Assembly: GCA_026002795.1 (NCBI GenBank)
Contig: BPGA01000001.1
Coordinates: 91,470-155,469 of the forward strand
Length of the DNA stretch: 64,000 nucleotides
DNA from: Candidatus Pacearchaeota archaeon
Lineage (GTDB): Archaea > Nanobdellota > Nanobdellia > Pacearchaeales > GW2011-AR1
Direction of reading: 5' to 3'
The translations under genes and the position numbers were made by a program. The first letter of the stretch is position 1, and each line of letters opens with the position of its first letter. Below are positions 1-8,079 of the stretch, one piece after another. The notes under the pieces are model-generated. The model was not told the origin of the DNA, made no database searches, and saw only the letters and a program-made list of their open reading frames with translations.

Positions 1-1313
1 GCATTTCCATTTGAGTCGCCGAAGAGGTGGAATTGTACTCCTGGATTCGTCGTCCCGATGCCGACGTTGCCAGTGCTGGTTATTGCCATCATGTCCCCTG
101 GTCCCGGCGTCCATAACCTTGCTACATTCCCTATGCTATACCAGACATATTTTTGACCCGCTCCTGCACTAACATTTGGAGTAAATCCTCGGTCGTAGAA
201 CGATAGAGATGCGCCGGTTCCTGCGGATGAAATTTCACCACCCTGATTGATATTTCCAGATATAATAGCTCCAGTGGCATCAGCAACGATAGCACCTACA
301 ACGTGAAGTTTAGTTTCAGGATTCGTCGTCCCGATGCCGACGTTGCCTGGTATTATCATTCCATCGCTTGGCGGCACAGTTCCTGCATATGAACCAACTG
401 AGAGACCTCCTGTTGCTCCTGATACCGCATAAATACCTAACTTTCTGTTGCCGTTTATCCACACTGCGAGCGGATCGCCTGTATTTGCATTCTCAAAAAC
501 TAAATGGGCATTGTCTGTAGTGTCTTGGTCATAAAACTGTACATTGGCCGATGATGCACCTCCATCCAACGTTGATTTTCCAAGTAATCTCAATGAAGCT
601 CGTGCTCCATTGTTTTGGATACGTAAACTGTCAACATTAACCCCCACATTGTCTACAATATGGAGTTTCGCTCCCGGACTCATCGTGCCAATGCCGACGT
701 TGCCGTTCAAACCACCAACATACAGCAGGTCATTAATGGCCAGAGGCTTCGACGCGACCCCAACATATCTGCTGTAAATCCACGAACGGTCAGCTGTTGC
801 GTCATACCCGATGCTGATGCCGCGATTGCTCGCATCGCGGATGTTCGTGATGCCATTATCATTGAGTGCAGCATTGCCACCCTGGACATCCAATTTTGCA
901 TTTGGCCCCGTCGTCCCGATGCCGACTCTATCTGTATTGCTATTCACAAAAAGAGTATTTGTGTCAACTGTGAAATTCTGTCCAACAACAACATTATTAT
1001 TAAATGTCTTATCTCCTGCAAAAATCTGCGTTCCTGTAGAAACAACTCCTGATTGTGTTGAAGAAGCATCTCTTATTGTAACATTACTTGCGCTTGTAAT
1101 TCTTCCTTGAGCATCAACTGTGAATCTTCCCACTACAATATCTCCGCCATAAGTTCCTGCTGTTACTCCTGTGTTTGAAAGAGAGAAGGTTACATTTCCG
1201 CTGCCAACAAGTCTATCTGTCAGTGTTCCTGAAATTGACATGCCTGTTCCTTGGACAATAGATCCTTTAACAAAACCAGCGCTTGTGTTAACTTCCTGAA
1301 GCTGACTTAAATC
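1..1313 (-). CDS. Partial tail-fibre-like repeat module that runs off the window start. It is open in the -1 frame relative to the upstream 551-aa ORF. The first in-frame ATG is at 1241. It may be a continuation, a cassette or a pseudogene fragment.
   Basis: Hand translation of the minus strand from 1313 to 1 gives about 437 codons without a stop: DLSQLQEVNTSAGFVKGSIVQGTGMSISG..GVTAGTYGGDIVVGRFTVDAQGRITSASNVTI..TQIFAGDKTF..RVGIGTTGPNAKLDVQG..GNVGIGTMSPGAKLHIV..GNVGIGTTNPETKLHVVG..GNVGIGTTNPGVQFHLFGDSNGN. It is absent from the ORF track, probably because it has no stop inside the window. The motifs resemble phage tail-fibre repeats. Confidence 0.5.
43..347. repeat. Two exact 29-nt copies of GGATTCGTCGTCCCGATGCCGACGTTGCC at 43-71 and 319-347. 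On the minus strand they encode GNVGIGTTNP.
   Basis: Direct reading. The 14-nt core ATGCCGACGTTGCC also occurs at 691-704 and at 1506-1519, the last inside the AT-rich upstream gene. Confidence 0.85.
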
Positions 1314-2962
1314 TCAAGTGTTCTTGATTGTGGAACTGCGTTTGTTGCAGTTGAGTTTACTGATTGCAATTGTGAAAGTGTTACAGCATCTTGTGCAGAT
1401 GTTCCATTTGCAAGATTAATGATTTTGTTGTTGTCCATGTTTATTGTTCCGTTGAAAACAGCAGAACCATTTACATGGAGTTTTTGTTGTGGTGTTGTTG
1501 TAGCAATGCCGACGTTGCCGCTACTGTCTATTCTTACTCTTTCTAAACCTCCTGCATAAAGAGCTATGTCATTTGTTGTTGGAGGTCTAAAGAATTTAAC
1601 CTGGCCTAAAGGAGATCCTGCATAAATAATCTCATTGCTTGTTGTTTGAAATGGGCCTGAAGCTAAAATATCCCCATTAACTTCAAACTCCTCTCCAGGT
1701 GTTGTTGTTCCTATACCAATTCTTGTTCCGTTTTGATAGATAATTGAGTTGTTTAAAGAGCTAGAAGAGTTCCATAATGGTATATAACCAAATGTTCCTT
1801 GGCCTGTTATTGTTCCTCCTGAATTTTGATCTGCAACACAAACAAGTTGTCCTGTGCTTGTTGTTGTTAAAACCTCTCCTGGATTACAGATTGAAGCCTG
1901 GAATATAGAAGCTCCTGTTACATTAAGTGTTCCTAAAACATTTAATGTTGCTTGTGGGGTGCTTGTGTTTATACCAACATTGCCGCTACTGTCTATTCTT
2001 ACTCTTTCTAAACCTCCTGCATAAAGAGCTATGTCATTTGTTGTTGGAGGTCTAAAGAATTTAACCTGGCCTAAAGGAGATCCTGCATAAATAATCTCAT
2101 TGCTTGTTGTTTGAAATGGGCCTGTTGATTGTATTGTTCCAACAACATCCAAAGCTTCAGAAGGTGTTACAGTACCAATACCTACTTTTCCTGTATCATT
2201 ATTAACAAACAAGACACCACCAGCACTTAAATTTCCACTAACTGTTAAATTTTTTCCTATATCTAAGTTATTGCTTATATCTGCATCTATTGCAAAAATT
2301 TTTGTGATTTTTGATGCTAGACTTCCAAGAAAACTAAAAAAGCCGTAATTTGCGCTTACATTAAAGTTTCCAAGCGAAAGATTGGTATCTATTGCAACAT
2401 CACTTAAATTAACTTGTGTAGCTCTAAAAGCATAAGGAACTCTTCCAAGCTGAGTAATATTTCTCAAAACACCATCTCTATAATAACAAAGATAATACTG
2501 CTTATCAAAACTTAAAGCGCTTAAATTACCTCCTCCAGAACCAATTTGTGGAAGATACAAAGAAACAATACCTCTTAAATCTGTAGTTAAAGTTACAGAA
2601 TGATTATAAACAACAGGCTGCTCACAAGAAGTTAGATTTGGGTTTTCTGTAATGTTAAAAGCAAAATTAAAAGTTCCTGTTTGGATTGTTCCATTAGGAA
2701 AAGTTGTTTGTAAATTTATGTGAAATGTATCGTTTATTGGTTCAGAATAAACAAAATTAAAGAAAAATATTGAAATTAAAAATGAAAAAAAAGCAAGAAT
2801 TGTTTTTTTTGTATTGTTCTTTTTTATTTTTTGTAATTGTTTTTTATTTTTTTTTATTGGTATTTCTTTTATTTTTTCATATTTATTGTACCTTTCAAAT
2901 TTAATATTATCCTCGCTAAGTGAAAGATACCATACGCTACCTGACATATGAAAAAAACACAA
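1307..2962 (-). CDS. Membrane-anchored, probably heavily N-glycosylated surface protein with tail-fibre-like repeats.
   Basis: Track ORF of 551 aa. The likely ATG is at 2947 (MSGSVWY). It has a hydrophobic anchor (TILAFFSFLISIFFFNFVYS) and more than 20 N-x-S/T sequons. It carries repeated SGNVGI.T.TP...L.V.G motifs and a C-terminal NNKIINLANGTSAQDAVTLSQLQ motif typical of tail-fibre joints. Confidence 0.7.
   Translation of the reverse strand: MCFFHMSGSVWYLSLSEDNIKFERYNKYEKIKEIPIKKNKKQLQKIKKNNTKKTILAFFSFLISIFFFNFVYSEPINDTFHINLQTTFPNGTIQTGTFNFAFNITENPNLTSCEQPVVYNHSVTLTTDLRGIVSLYLPQIGSGGGNLSALSFDKQYYLCYYRDGVLRNITQLGRVPYAFRATQVNLSDVAIDTNLSLGNFNVSANYGFFSFLGSLASKITKIFAIDADISNNLDIGKNLTVSGNLSAGGVLFVNNDTGKVGIGTVTPSEALDVVGTIQSTGPFQTTSNEIIYAGSPLGQVKFFRPPTTNDIALYAGGLERVRIDSSGNVGINTSTPQATLNVLGTLNVTGASIFQASICNPGEVLTTTSTGQLVCVADQNSGGTITGQGTFGYIPLWNSSSSLNNSIIYQNGTRIGIGTTTPGEEFEVNGDILASGPFQTTSNEIIYAGSPLGQVKFFRPPTTNDIALYAGGLERVRIDSSGNVGIATTTPQQKLHVNGSAVFNGTINMDNNKIINLANGTSAQDAVTLSQLQSVNSTATNAVPQSRTLEI
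1515..2124. repeat. Exact 145-nt direct repeat (1515-1659 and 1980-2124) inside the surface-protein gene, with a 465-nt (155-codon) period.
   Basis: Base-by-base comparison. Both copies encode GPFQTTSNEIIYAGSPLGQVKFFRPPTTNDIALYAGGLERVRIDSSGN. The flanks are diverged. Confidence 0.9.
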
Positions 2963-3033
2963 ATTTTAAACATAAAATTTAGAGGATAAAAAGGGCCTAA
3001 AACTTGTTTTTTTAGTACCAATTGAAAATTATT

Positions 3034-3119
3034 TTTTACCCTACGTTTTTTATGTAAGGTAAAAACTAAAATTTTAATTTTCCGTCGATAAAAATTGAAA
3101 AAAAATGTGTAGGGTAAAA
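3034..3119. promoter_or_regulatory. Operator-like motif set GTA(G/A)GGTAAAA in the divergent promoter region. There are three copies: inverted at 3034-3044, direct at 3054-3064 (one mismatch) and direct at 3109-3119.
   Basis: TTTTACCCTAC at 3034-3044 is the exact reverse complement of GTAGGGTAAAA at 3109-3119. The last copy abuts a TATA-like TTTATAAA at about 3120-3127, roughly 40 nt before the ATG at 3167. Confidence 0.45.
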
Positions 3120-3166
3120 TTTATAAACATCAAAATTCTTAATTTTTAAGTTTTAAAGGGGGTGAA

Positions 3167-3358
3167 ATGAAGCAACCTGTAAAAATTTATTTAGATTTAG
3201 AAACTAAAAAAAAGCTTTTAAAGAAGGCTAATGAAACAGGTTTTAGTGGTAGAGGTGCTTTAACAAAATTTATAGAAAAGATTGCTTCTGATGATATATG
3301 CTTCCTTGATAATAACCTAAGAAAAATGCTAAAGGTTTTATTCCCAAACACAAAATAA
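3167..3358 (+). CDS. Small ribbon-helix-helix (CopG/Arc-like) DNA-binding protein.
   Basis: 63 aa. The N-terminal KIYLDLETKKKLLKKANETGFSGRGALTKFIEKIA fits a beta-strand, helix, helix RHH pattern. It is preceded by an unusually clear SD-like AAGGGGGTGA about 5 nt before the ATG, which most genes here lack. Confidence 0.5.
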   Translation: MKQPVKIYLDLETKKKLLKKANETGFSGRGALTKFIEKIASDDICFLDNNLRKMLKVLFPNTK

Positions 3359-3392
3359 TTCTTAATTAAAAATTCAAAGATTAAAGTAAATT

Positions 3393-3440
3393 TTAAAAAG
3401 ATAAACTCTTTAAAAATTAAAAAGATAAACTCTTTAAAAG
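3393..3440. repeat. Tandem 24-nt duplication of TTAAAAAGATAAACTCTTTAAAA(A/G) immediately upstream of tRNA-Ile.
   Basis: Direct reading. The copies at 3393-3416 and 3417-3440 differ only at the last base. Confidence 0.8.
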
Positions 3441-3451
3441 AAAAAATAAAA

Positions 3452-3582
3452 GAGCCCGTAGCTCAGCCTGGTTAGAGCACTGCTCTTATATGAGAGTGTT
3501 TCGTTTTAGGAACACACCTTTAGAGTTAAGAGGTGAACTCTAAGATAGGCAGGGGTCCTCGGTTCAAATCCGAGCGGGCTCA
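3452..3582 (+). tRNA. tRNA-Ile with anticodon TAT (3487-3489) and an approximately 56-nt intron at the canonical 37/38 position (about 3491-3546).
   Basis: Hand fold: acceptor GAGCCCG/CGGGCTC, D arm GCTC-AGCCTGGTTA-GAGC, anticodon stem CTGCT/GGCAG (one G-U pair), loop CT-TAT-A, T arm CTCGG-TTCAAAT-CCGAG. The intron contains two hairpins (GTGTT..AACAC and TAGAGTT..AACTCTA). Confidence 0.8.
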
Positions 3583-3692
3583 TCTTTTATTAACAAATTT
3601 TAAAAACTATTTTTCAGTATATTTTAAAGTTTACAAAAAGTATACAAGTATACTCTTGTAATTTAGGTTTGTAAAAAATAGATTTGTAAAAA

Positions 3693-3765
3693 GCCCCGAT
3701 AGTTCAGAGGCCAAGAATGCGGCCCTTTCACGGCCGTGACCCGGGTTCGAATCCCGGTCGGGGCG
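3693..3765 (+). tRNA. tRNA-Glu with anticodon TTC.
   Basis: Hand fold: acceptor GCCCCGA/TCGGGGC, anticodon stem CGGCC/GGCCG, loop CT-TTC-AC, T arm CCGGG-TTCGAAT-CCCGG. Confidence 0.85.
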
Positions 3766-3773
3766 CTTTTTAA

Positions 3774-4331
3774 TTATTTTTTATCTTTTTTTATTTCTTT
3801 ATCTGAATTGTTGTTTTTTTGAAATTTTATCAAGTCAAAAAAAGATTTCTTTTCCATAAAAAGAACACTTCCTGTTTTATCTTCAACATGAGCTTGCAAC
3901 AAACCAAGGCCTTTTAAAAAACCAGTACAATTCCAAACAAGCCTATCATCAAAGGTTCCTAAAAAAACAAGGAGTTTTTCAATATCATAAACAATATTCC
4001 TATTTAACATCTCTTCATGAAGAATCCTTTTTATCTCATCAATATCAAGCTTTATTTTTTCTTTTATTTCTTTAGGAATTAACTTTTCATGCTTTATTGT
4101 CTCTGCTTTTTTACCAAGAGGAATAAGCTCTACTTTTCCGTCAACTTTAAAGCTATAAATAAGCTTTTTACTAGGTACATAAAAATCAATTTGAGTTTCT
4201 TTATGTTTTTTTCCTTCTTTGTATTCTCTTATAAAGAACAAAGAGCACAAATAAGCATCTGGGTTTTCTTTTATAAACTTTTTATATTCTTTTGAAGATT
4301 TTAGTTTTTTTATGTAATCAATTGTTTTCAT
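3774..4331 (-). CDS. Hypothetical protein, lysine-rich.
   Basis: Track ORF of 185 aa with coding-like composition. I recognised no motif. Confidence 0.5.
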   Translation of the reverse strand: MKTIDYIKKLKSSKEYKKFIKENPDAYLCSLFFIREYKEGKKHKETQIDFYVPSKKLIYSFKVDGKVELIPLGKKAETIKHEKLIPKEIKEKIKLDIDEIKRILHEEMLNRNIVYDIEKLLVFLGTFDDRLVWNCTGFLKGLGLLQAHVEDKTGSVLFMEKKSFFDLIKFQKNNNSDKEIKKDKK

Positions 4332-4390
4332 TTTTACCTTTTATTTTTTACTTTATTTTAAGCTTTTAACTTAGGCTTTTAACTAGTTAA

Positions 4391-6133
4391 CTAAAAACCT
4401 TTGAAAGCCTTTGTTTCTATTTCTATATTTAAATTTTTTATAAACTCTTCTAGTTTTAAACTTTTTATTTTTTTGTCTCCTTTGATTCTAACAGCTATCA
4501 TATTTTCCTTTTCCTCTTTATCTCCAATAACAACAATATAAGGAATTCTCATTAGTTCTGCATCCTTAACTTTTATATCTAATGGAACTGACCTAAAATC
4601 AGAGTCTATCCTTAGATTTGGCATCTCTTTTAGGATTTTGTCTATAATTTTTTGTGAGTGGTTTATGTTTCTGTCTGTAAAGCTTAAAACCCTTACTTGA
4701 ATTGGTGCTAGCCAGGTAGGAAGCCTTCCTTTTGTATGCTCTAAAAGAATACCTAAAAACCTTTCTATAGTGCCAAAAATTGCCCTATGTATAACTAAAG
4801 GTGTTTTTTCTTTGCCGTTTTTGTCAGTATACTTTAATTCAAATCTTTTTGGCATCTGCATATCTAGCTGAATTGTTGTAAGCTGCCAGCTTCTACCTAA
4901 AGAATCTTTAATGTGAATATCGATTTTTGGGCCGTAAAAAGCTCCTTCTCCTTTTTTAATGCTATATTTTACTTTTGATTTTTTTAAAGCAGACTCAAGT
5001 GCTTTTTCTGCAAAATCCCACTCTTCTTTTTTTCCTAAAAGGTTTTCTGGCCTTGTTGAAAGTTCAACAGAGTATGGAAATTTAAAAACATCTTCATAAA
5101 CAATTTTAAACATTTCAAAGATATTCATAATCTCAGATTCAAGCTGCTCTTCTGTACAAAAAATATGGGCGTCATCCATTGTAAGCTTTACAACCCTAAA
5201 AAGACCGCTTAAAACACCTGAAAGCTCTTTTCTATGAACAATTCCAAGCTCTGCAAATCTTAAAGGCAGCTCTTTATAGCTTCTTGGTCTTATTTTATAG
5301 ATTAGCATTGCAGGAGGGCAGTTCATTGGCTTTATAGCAGCTTCCTTGCCTTCATGTGTTGTTATAAACATGTTTTCTTTATAATAATCCCAATGGCCTG
5401 AAACTTTCCAGAGTTTATTGTTGTAAATGAAGGGTGTTGATATTTCTTTGTAAGAAAACTTTTTCCAAAGGCTTCTCATAAATGAAATAAGCTCATTGTA
5501 GATTATAAGACCATTTGGATGTAAAAAAGGAGCTCCTGGAGAAACATCATTAAAGCTAAACAAATCCATTTCTTGGCCTAAAATTCTATGATCATAACTT
5601 TTTAGCTTGCTTTTATCTAGTGTGCTTTTTGTTATGCTTCTTAAGATTGTTTTAGGATCTTGATCTTTTTCTTTTTTAAGAGATAGCTCTTCTTTAAGCT
5701 TTTTTTGATTATCTTTTTCAGCTGAAATCTCTCTACTTAACTCTGAAAGCGGATGGCCTTTAACTTTAAGTTCAAATTCTTTATAATAACCAAATGGAGC
5801 TGAAAAAACACTAAACTCTTTTTTTAGCTCTTTTTCTGCATTTTTTAGAATTTCAACTGCTTTATCAGGTTCAGAAAGATTGCTTGAAAGATGAGCATAA
5901 GGATAAAGAACAATATTTTTTACCTTAACTTGGGAAGCAATATCTTTAATGTTTTTTATAAGCTCAGAAACAAATTCGGTTTTGTCTTCTTTTTCAACAG
6001 CTGTAAGAACAAGTAAAGCTTCTTTAATTGTTTTTTCCTTTTTTTCATCAGAAGAAAGATCTTTTACAGATTTAAGGGCTTTTTTTATGGGTTTAAACTT
6101 TATATAATCAACATGTAAAGTGATTATTTTCAT
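4391..6133 (-). CDS. thrS: Threonyl-tRNA synthetase with an archaeal-type N-terminal editing domain.
   Basis: Motifs HRILGQEMDLFSF, WKVSGHWDYYKENMF, KPMNCPPAMLIY, RFAELGIVHRKELSGVLSGLFRVVKLTMDDAHIF, plus a C-terminal anticodon-binding region. Confidence 0.9.
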   Translation of the reverse strand: MKIITLHVDYIKFKPIKKALKSVKDLSSDEKKEKTIKEALLVLTAVEKEDKTEFVSELIKNIKDIASQVKVKNIVLYPYAHLSSNLSEPDKAVEILKNAEKELKKEFSVFSAPFGYYKEFELKVKGHPLSELSREISAEKDNQKKLKEELSLKKEKDQDPKTILRSITKSTLDKSKLKSYDHRILGQEMDLFSFNDVSPGAPFLHPNGLIIYNELISFMRSLWKKFSYKEISTPFIYNNKLWKVSGHWDYYKENMFITTHEGKEAAIKPMNCPPAMLIYKIRPRSYKELPLRFAELGIVHRKELSGVLSGLFRVVKLTMDDAHIFCTEEQLESEIMNIFEMFKIVYEDVFKFPYSVELSTRPENLLGKKEEWDFAEKALESALKKSKVKYSIKKGEGAFYGPKIDIHIKDSLGRSWQLTTIQLDMQMPKRFELKYTDKNGKEKTPLVIHRAIFGTIERFLGILLEHTKGRLPTWLAPIQVRVLSFTDRNINHSQKIIDKILKEMPNLRIDSDFRSVPLDIKVKDAELMRIPYIVVIGDKEEKENMIAVRIKGDKKIKSLKLEEFIKNLNIEIETKAFKGF

Positions 6134-6314
6134 TATTTTTAATAGAAAGACTGGTTTAAAAAATTAATCTAAATATGGGCTATAAAGTTAAAATCCTTAT
6201 TTTGGTTTTGATGCAATGATGAAGAAGGTAAAAAATTTATTAATTTTATTTTAAACTTTTTTAAGAAGTACGAATAAAGAATTTTCAAGATATTTTTTTA
6301 AGGTTTTTTATTTT

Positions 6315-6599
6315 TCATTCTTTTTTCCGCTTTTTTCCGTTGTTATAATATGATAATATGTATTGCCTATACATTGCTTTTTTTATTTCTCTCCACCTAC
6401 CTAAAACAGTATGTCTTGTTATAAACATCCTTCTTCCTTCTCTGTTATATGCAATTGTTTGTTCAATTTTTAACTCTTGGTAGACGGCTCTAAATGTTAA
6501 GCCTGTCCTAAAATCAGAATAAGAGATAATTTTTAATTGCTCGTTCTCTGAGTGCTCATCCCTTAAATAATTCTTATTAACCTCTTTTTCTAAGCTCAT
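6315..6599 (-). CDS. Hypothetical small basic protein.
   Basis: Track ORF of 94 aa. I recognised no motif. Confidence 0.35.
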   Translation of the reverse strand: MSLEKEVNKNYLRDEHSENEQLKIISYSDFRTGLTFRAVYQELKIEQTIAYNREGRRMFITRHTVLGRWREIKKAMYRQYILSYYNNGKKRKKE

Positions 6600-6798
6600 A
6601 GACTAGCAAAAAAAGGAATAGTTTATAAAAATTTAGTTATTGATTGTAATTTAATTCGTTTTTTAAATTCGTTTTGCATATTTTTAGTATGAGTTGTTTT
6701 AAGTTAGACTAATTCAAATAAGAGTAGTTATTATTTTATTAATTGTTTAGTTATTGATTATGTTAGTGTTTTAACCTAAATTTAACATAAACTTTTAT

Positions 6799-7908
6799 TT
6801 ATTTTTTAAATAAGAATTTATCAATTTCTTTTTTTGCTTTTTCTCTTTTTTTTTGATGCTCTGAAAGAAAAGCATTTATTTTTTTAATTAGATACTCTTT
6901 AAGCTCGCTAGTAAGCATTTTTCCGCTTCTATAATCTTTTTCAATTTTTTCAAGCTTTATGTCGTCTGGCTCAAAAAGCATTTTTAAATACTGAAAAGAA
7001 ACATCAATTTCAGGATTGCCTCCTTTTTTTCTATGCTCTTCAATTGTATCCTGGCCACCTGAAAAAGCATATTTTTTTATCTTAATTTCAACTTCTTTAG
7101 GAGAGTCTAGTGTAAAGATATTTGCCTCTTTATTATCTGAAGAAGAGGTTTTTCCTTTACCAGTTAGCGGAGGAAGGAATGAGCCGTGAATTATTGCTGG
7201 TTTAAGATAACCAAGCTTTGGATAAACATCTCTTGCAACCCTAAAATGCGGATCTTGGTCAACTCCTAAAGGAATTAAACACGGAATATTTTTTCCTTTA
7301 ATTTTAGAGGGAAGAATTGCTGGAACTGCTTGCATGCTTGTATAAAAAATCTGTCCTATGTTATTTTCATTTGTAAACCCAAAAGCTGCTTTAACAGTAG
7401 AAAAAGTTATTTTTTTAGCAAATTTTATAGCTTCTGGATACAAAATATTTGCATGTTTAGTATCAATTAAGAACTTTGTTTTTTTTGGATCAAATCCAAG
7501 AGCAATTACATCAAGCATATTTTCATAAGTCCATCTTTGGATTTCTTCATAGCTTTTATCTTTAAACAAGAATTTTTCATCATCTGTAAACTGGAACCAT
7601 AATTCAACATCAAAAACATCTTGAAGCCATTTTGTAAACAACCATGTTTGTAAATGCCCTAAATGTATCGGCCCAGATGGACCGCAACCAGTATACAAAA
7701 AGAATTTATTTCCTTTTTCGTATTCATCAAGCAACCAGTTTAAGTCTCTATGAGCAAAAAAAACACGCCTTTTTAACATAAAATGAAGCTCTTTTGTATG
7801 ACTTTTTATTCTTTCTAAAAGCTTATCATCTATTTTTGATAAGCCAAAATCTTTAATGAGTTTTTCATAATCTATTTTACCAGAAACCTGCCAGGGAGTA
7901 ACTTTCAT
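6799..7908 (-). CDS. trpS: Tryptophanyl-tRNA synthetase, archaeal/eukaryotic type.
   Basis: YTGCGPSGPIHLGHLQTWLFTKWLQDVFDVELWFQFTDDEKF closely parallels the eukaryote-type TrpRS core (YTGRGPS..HVGHL..FTKWLQDVF..TDDEK). KTSSS sits at the KMSAS position. Confidence 0.9.
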   Translation of the reverse strand: MKVTPWQVSGKIDYEKLIKDFGLSKIDDKLLERIKSHTKELHFMLKRRVFFAHRDLNWLLDEYEKGNKFFLYTGCGPSGPIHLGHLQTWLFTKWLQDVFDVELWFQFTDDEKFLFKDKSYEEIQRWTYENMLDVIALGFDPKKTKFLIDTKHANILYPEAIKFAKKITFSTVKAAFGFTNENNIGQIFYTSMQAVPAILPSKIKGKNIPCLIPLGVDQDPHFRVARDVYPKLGYLKPAIIHGSFLPPLTGKGKTSSSDNKEANIFTLDSPKEVEIKIKKYAFSGGQDTIEEHRKKGGNPEIDVSFQYLKMLFEPDDIKLEKIEKDYRSGKMLTSELKEYLIKKINAFLSEHQKKREKAKKEIDKFLFKK

Positions 7909-8050
7909 TTTAATAAAATTTCAATTCTTTTTGTTGTTTTTAATTAAATGCTTCTTAATTTTTTAAATATATCTAAAAATTAAAAAAATATTAAAGTTTT
8001 TAGATTGTTATTTCTTGTTTTTTATCTTTTGTTTTTTTAATTCATATAAA

Positions 8051-8060
8051 TTTATAAATA
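8051..8060 (+). promoter_or_regulatory. TATA-box-like TTTATAAATA, 19 nt upstream of the ATG at 8080.
   Basis: The same 10-mer at the same spacing also precedes the genes at 14882 and 33085. Confidence 0.5.
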
Positions 8061-8079
8061 TTCTTCAATTTTAATTTTA

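Noticed and set aside
544-1110. Four ORFs from the track: 544-777, 660-1052 and 811-1110 on the plus strand, and 707-901 on the minus strand in another frame.
   Set aside because: They are shadow frames of the long minus-strand tail-fibre-like reading frame, which is open across the whole 1-1313 region. Their translations are low-complexity (Pro/Ala/Ser-rich) with no motifs. The GC-rich composition lowers stop-codon frequency in all frames.
1-2962. A diversity-generating retroelement (template repeat / variable repeat pair) acting on the tail-fibre-like genes.
   Set aside because: The repeat pairs are identical and do not differ at adenines. No reverse transcriptase is in the window, and the repeated segments are shaft modules, not a C-terminal lectin-type variable region. 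A retroelement beyond the left edge of the window cannot be excluded.
1-3582. A complete integrated provirus or plasmid at tRNA-Ile.
   Set aside because: Only suggestive pieces are visible: tail-fibre-like genes, an RHH gene and a tandem 24-nt repeat. There is no integrase, no capsid or packaging genes, and no second att copy in the window. I kept it as a low-confidence hypothesis within a finding only.
6205-6270. A possible C/D-box sRNA, because AATGATGAAG at about 6213-6222 resembles a C box.
   Set aside because: There is no CTGA D box within the following 80 nt or so, and no terminal stem. The region is plain AT-rich intergenic sequence.
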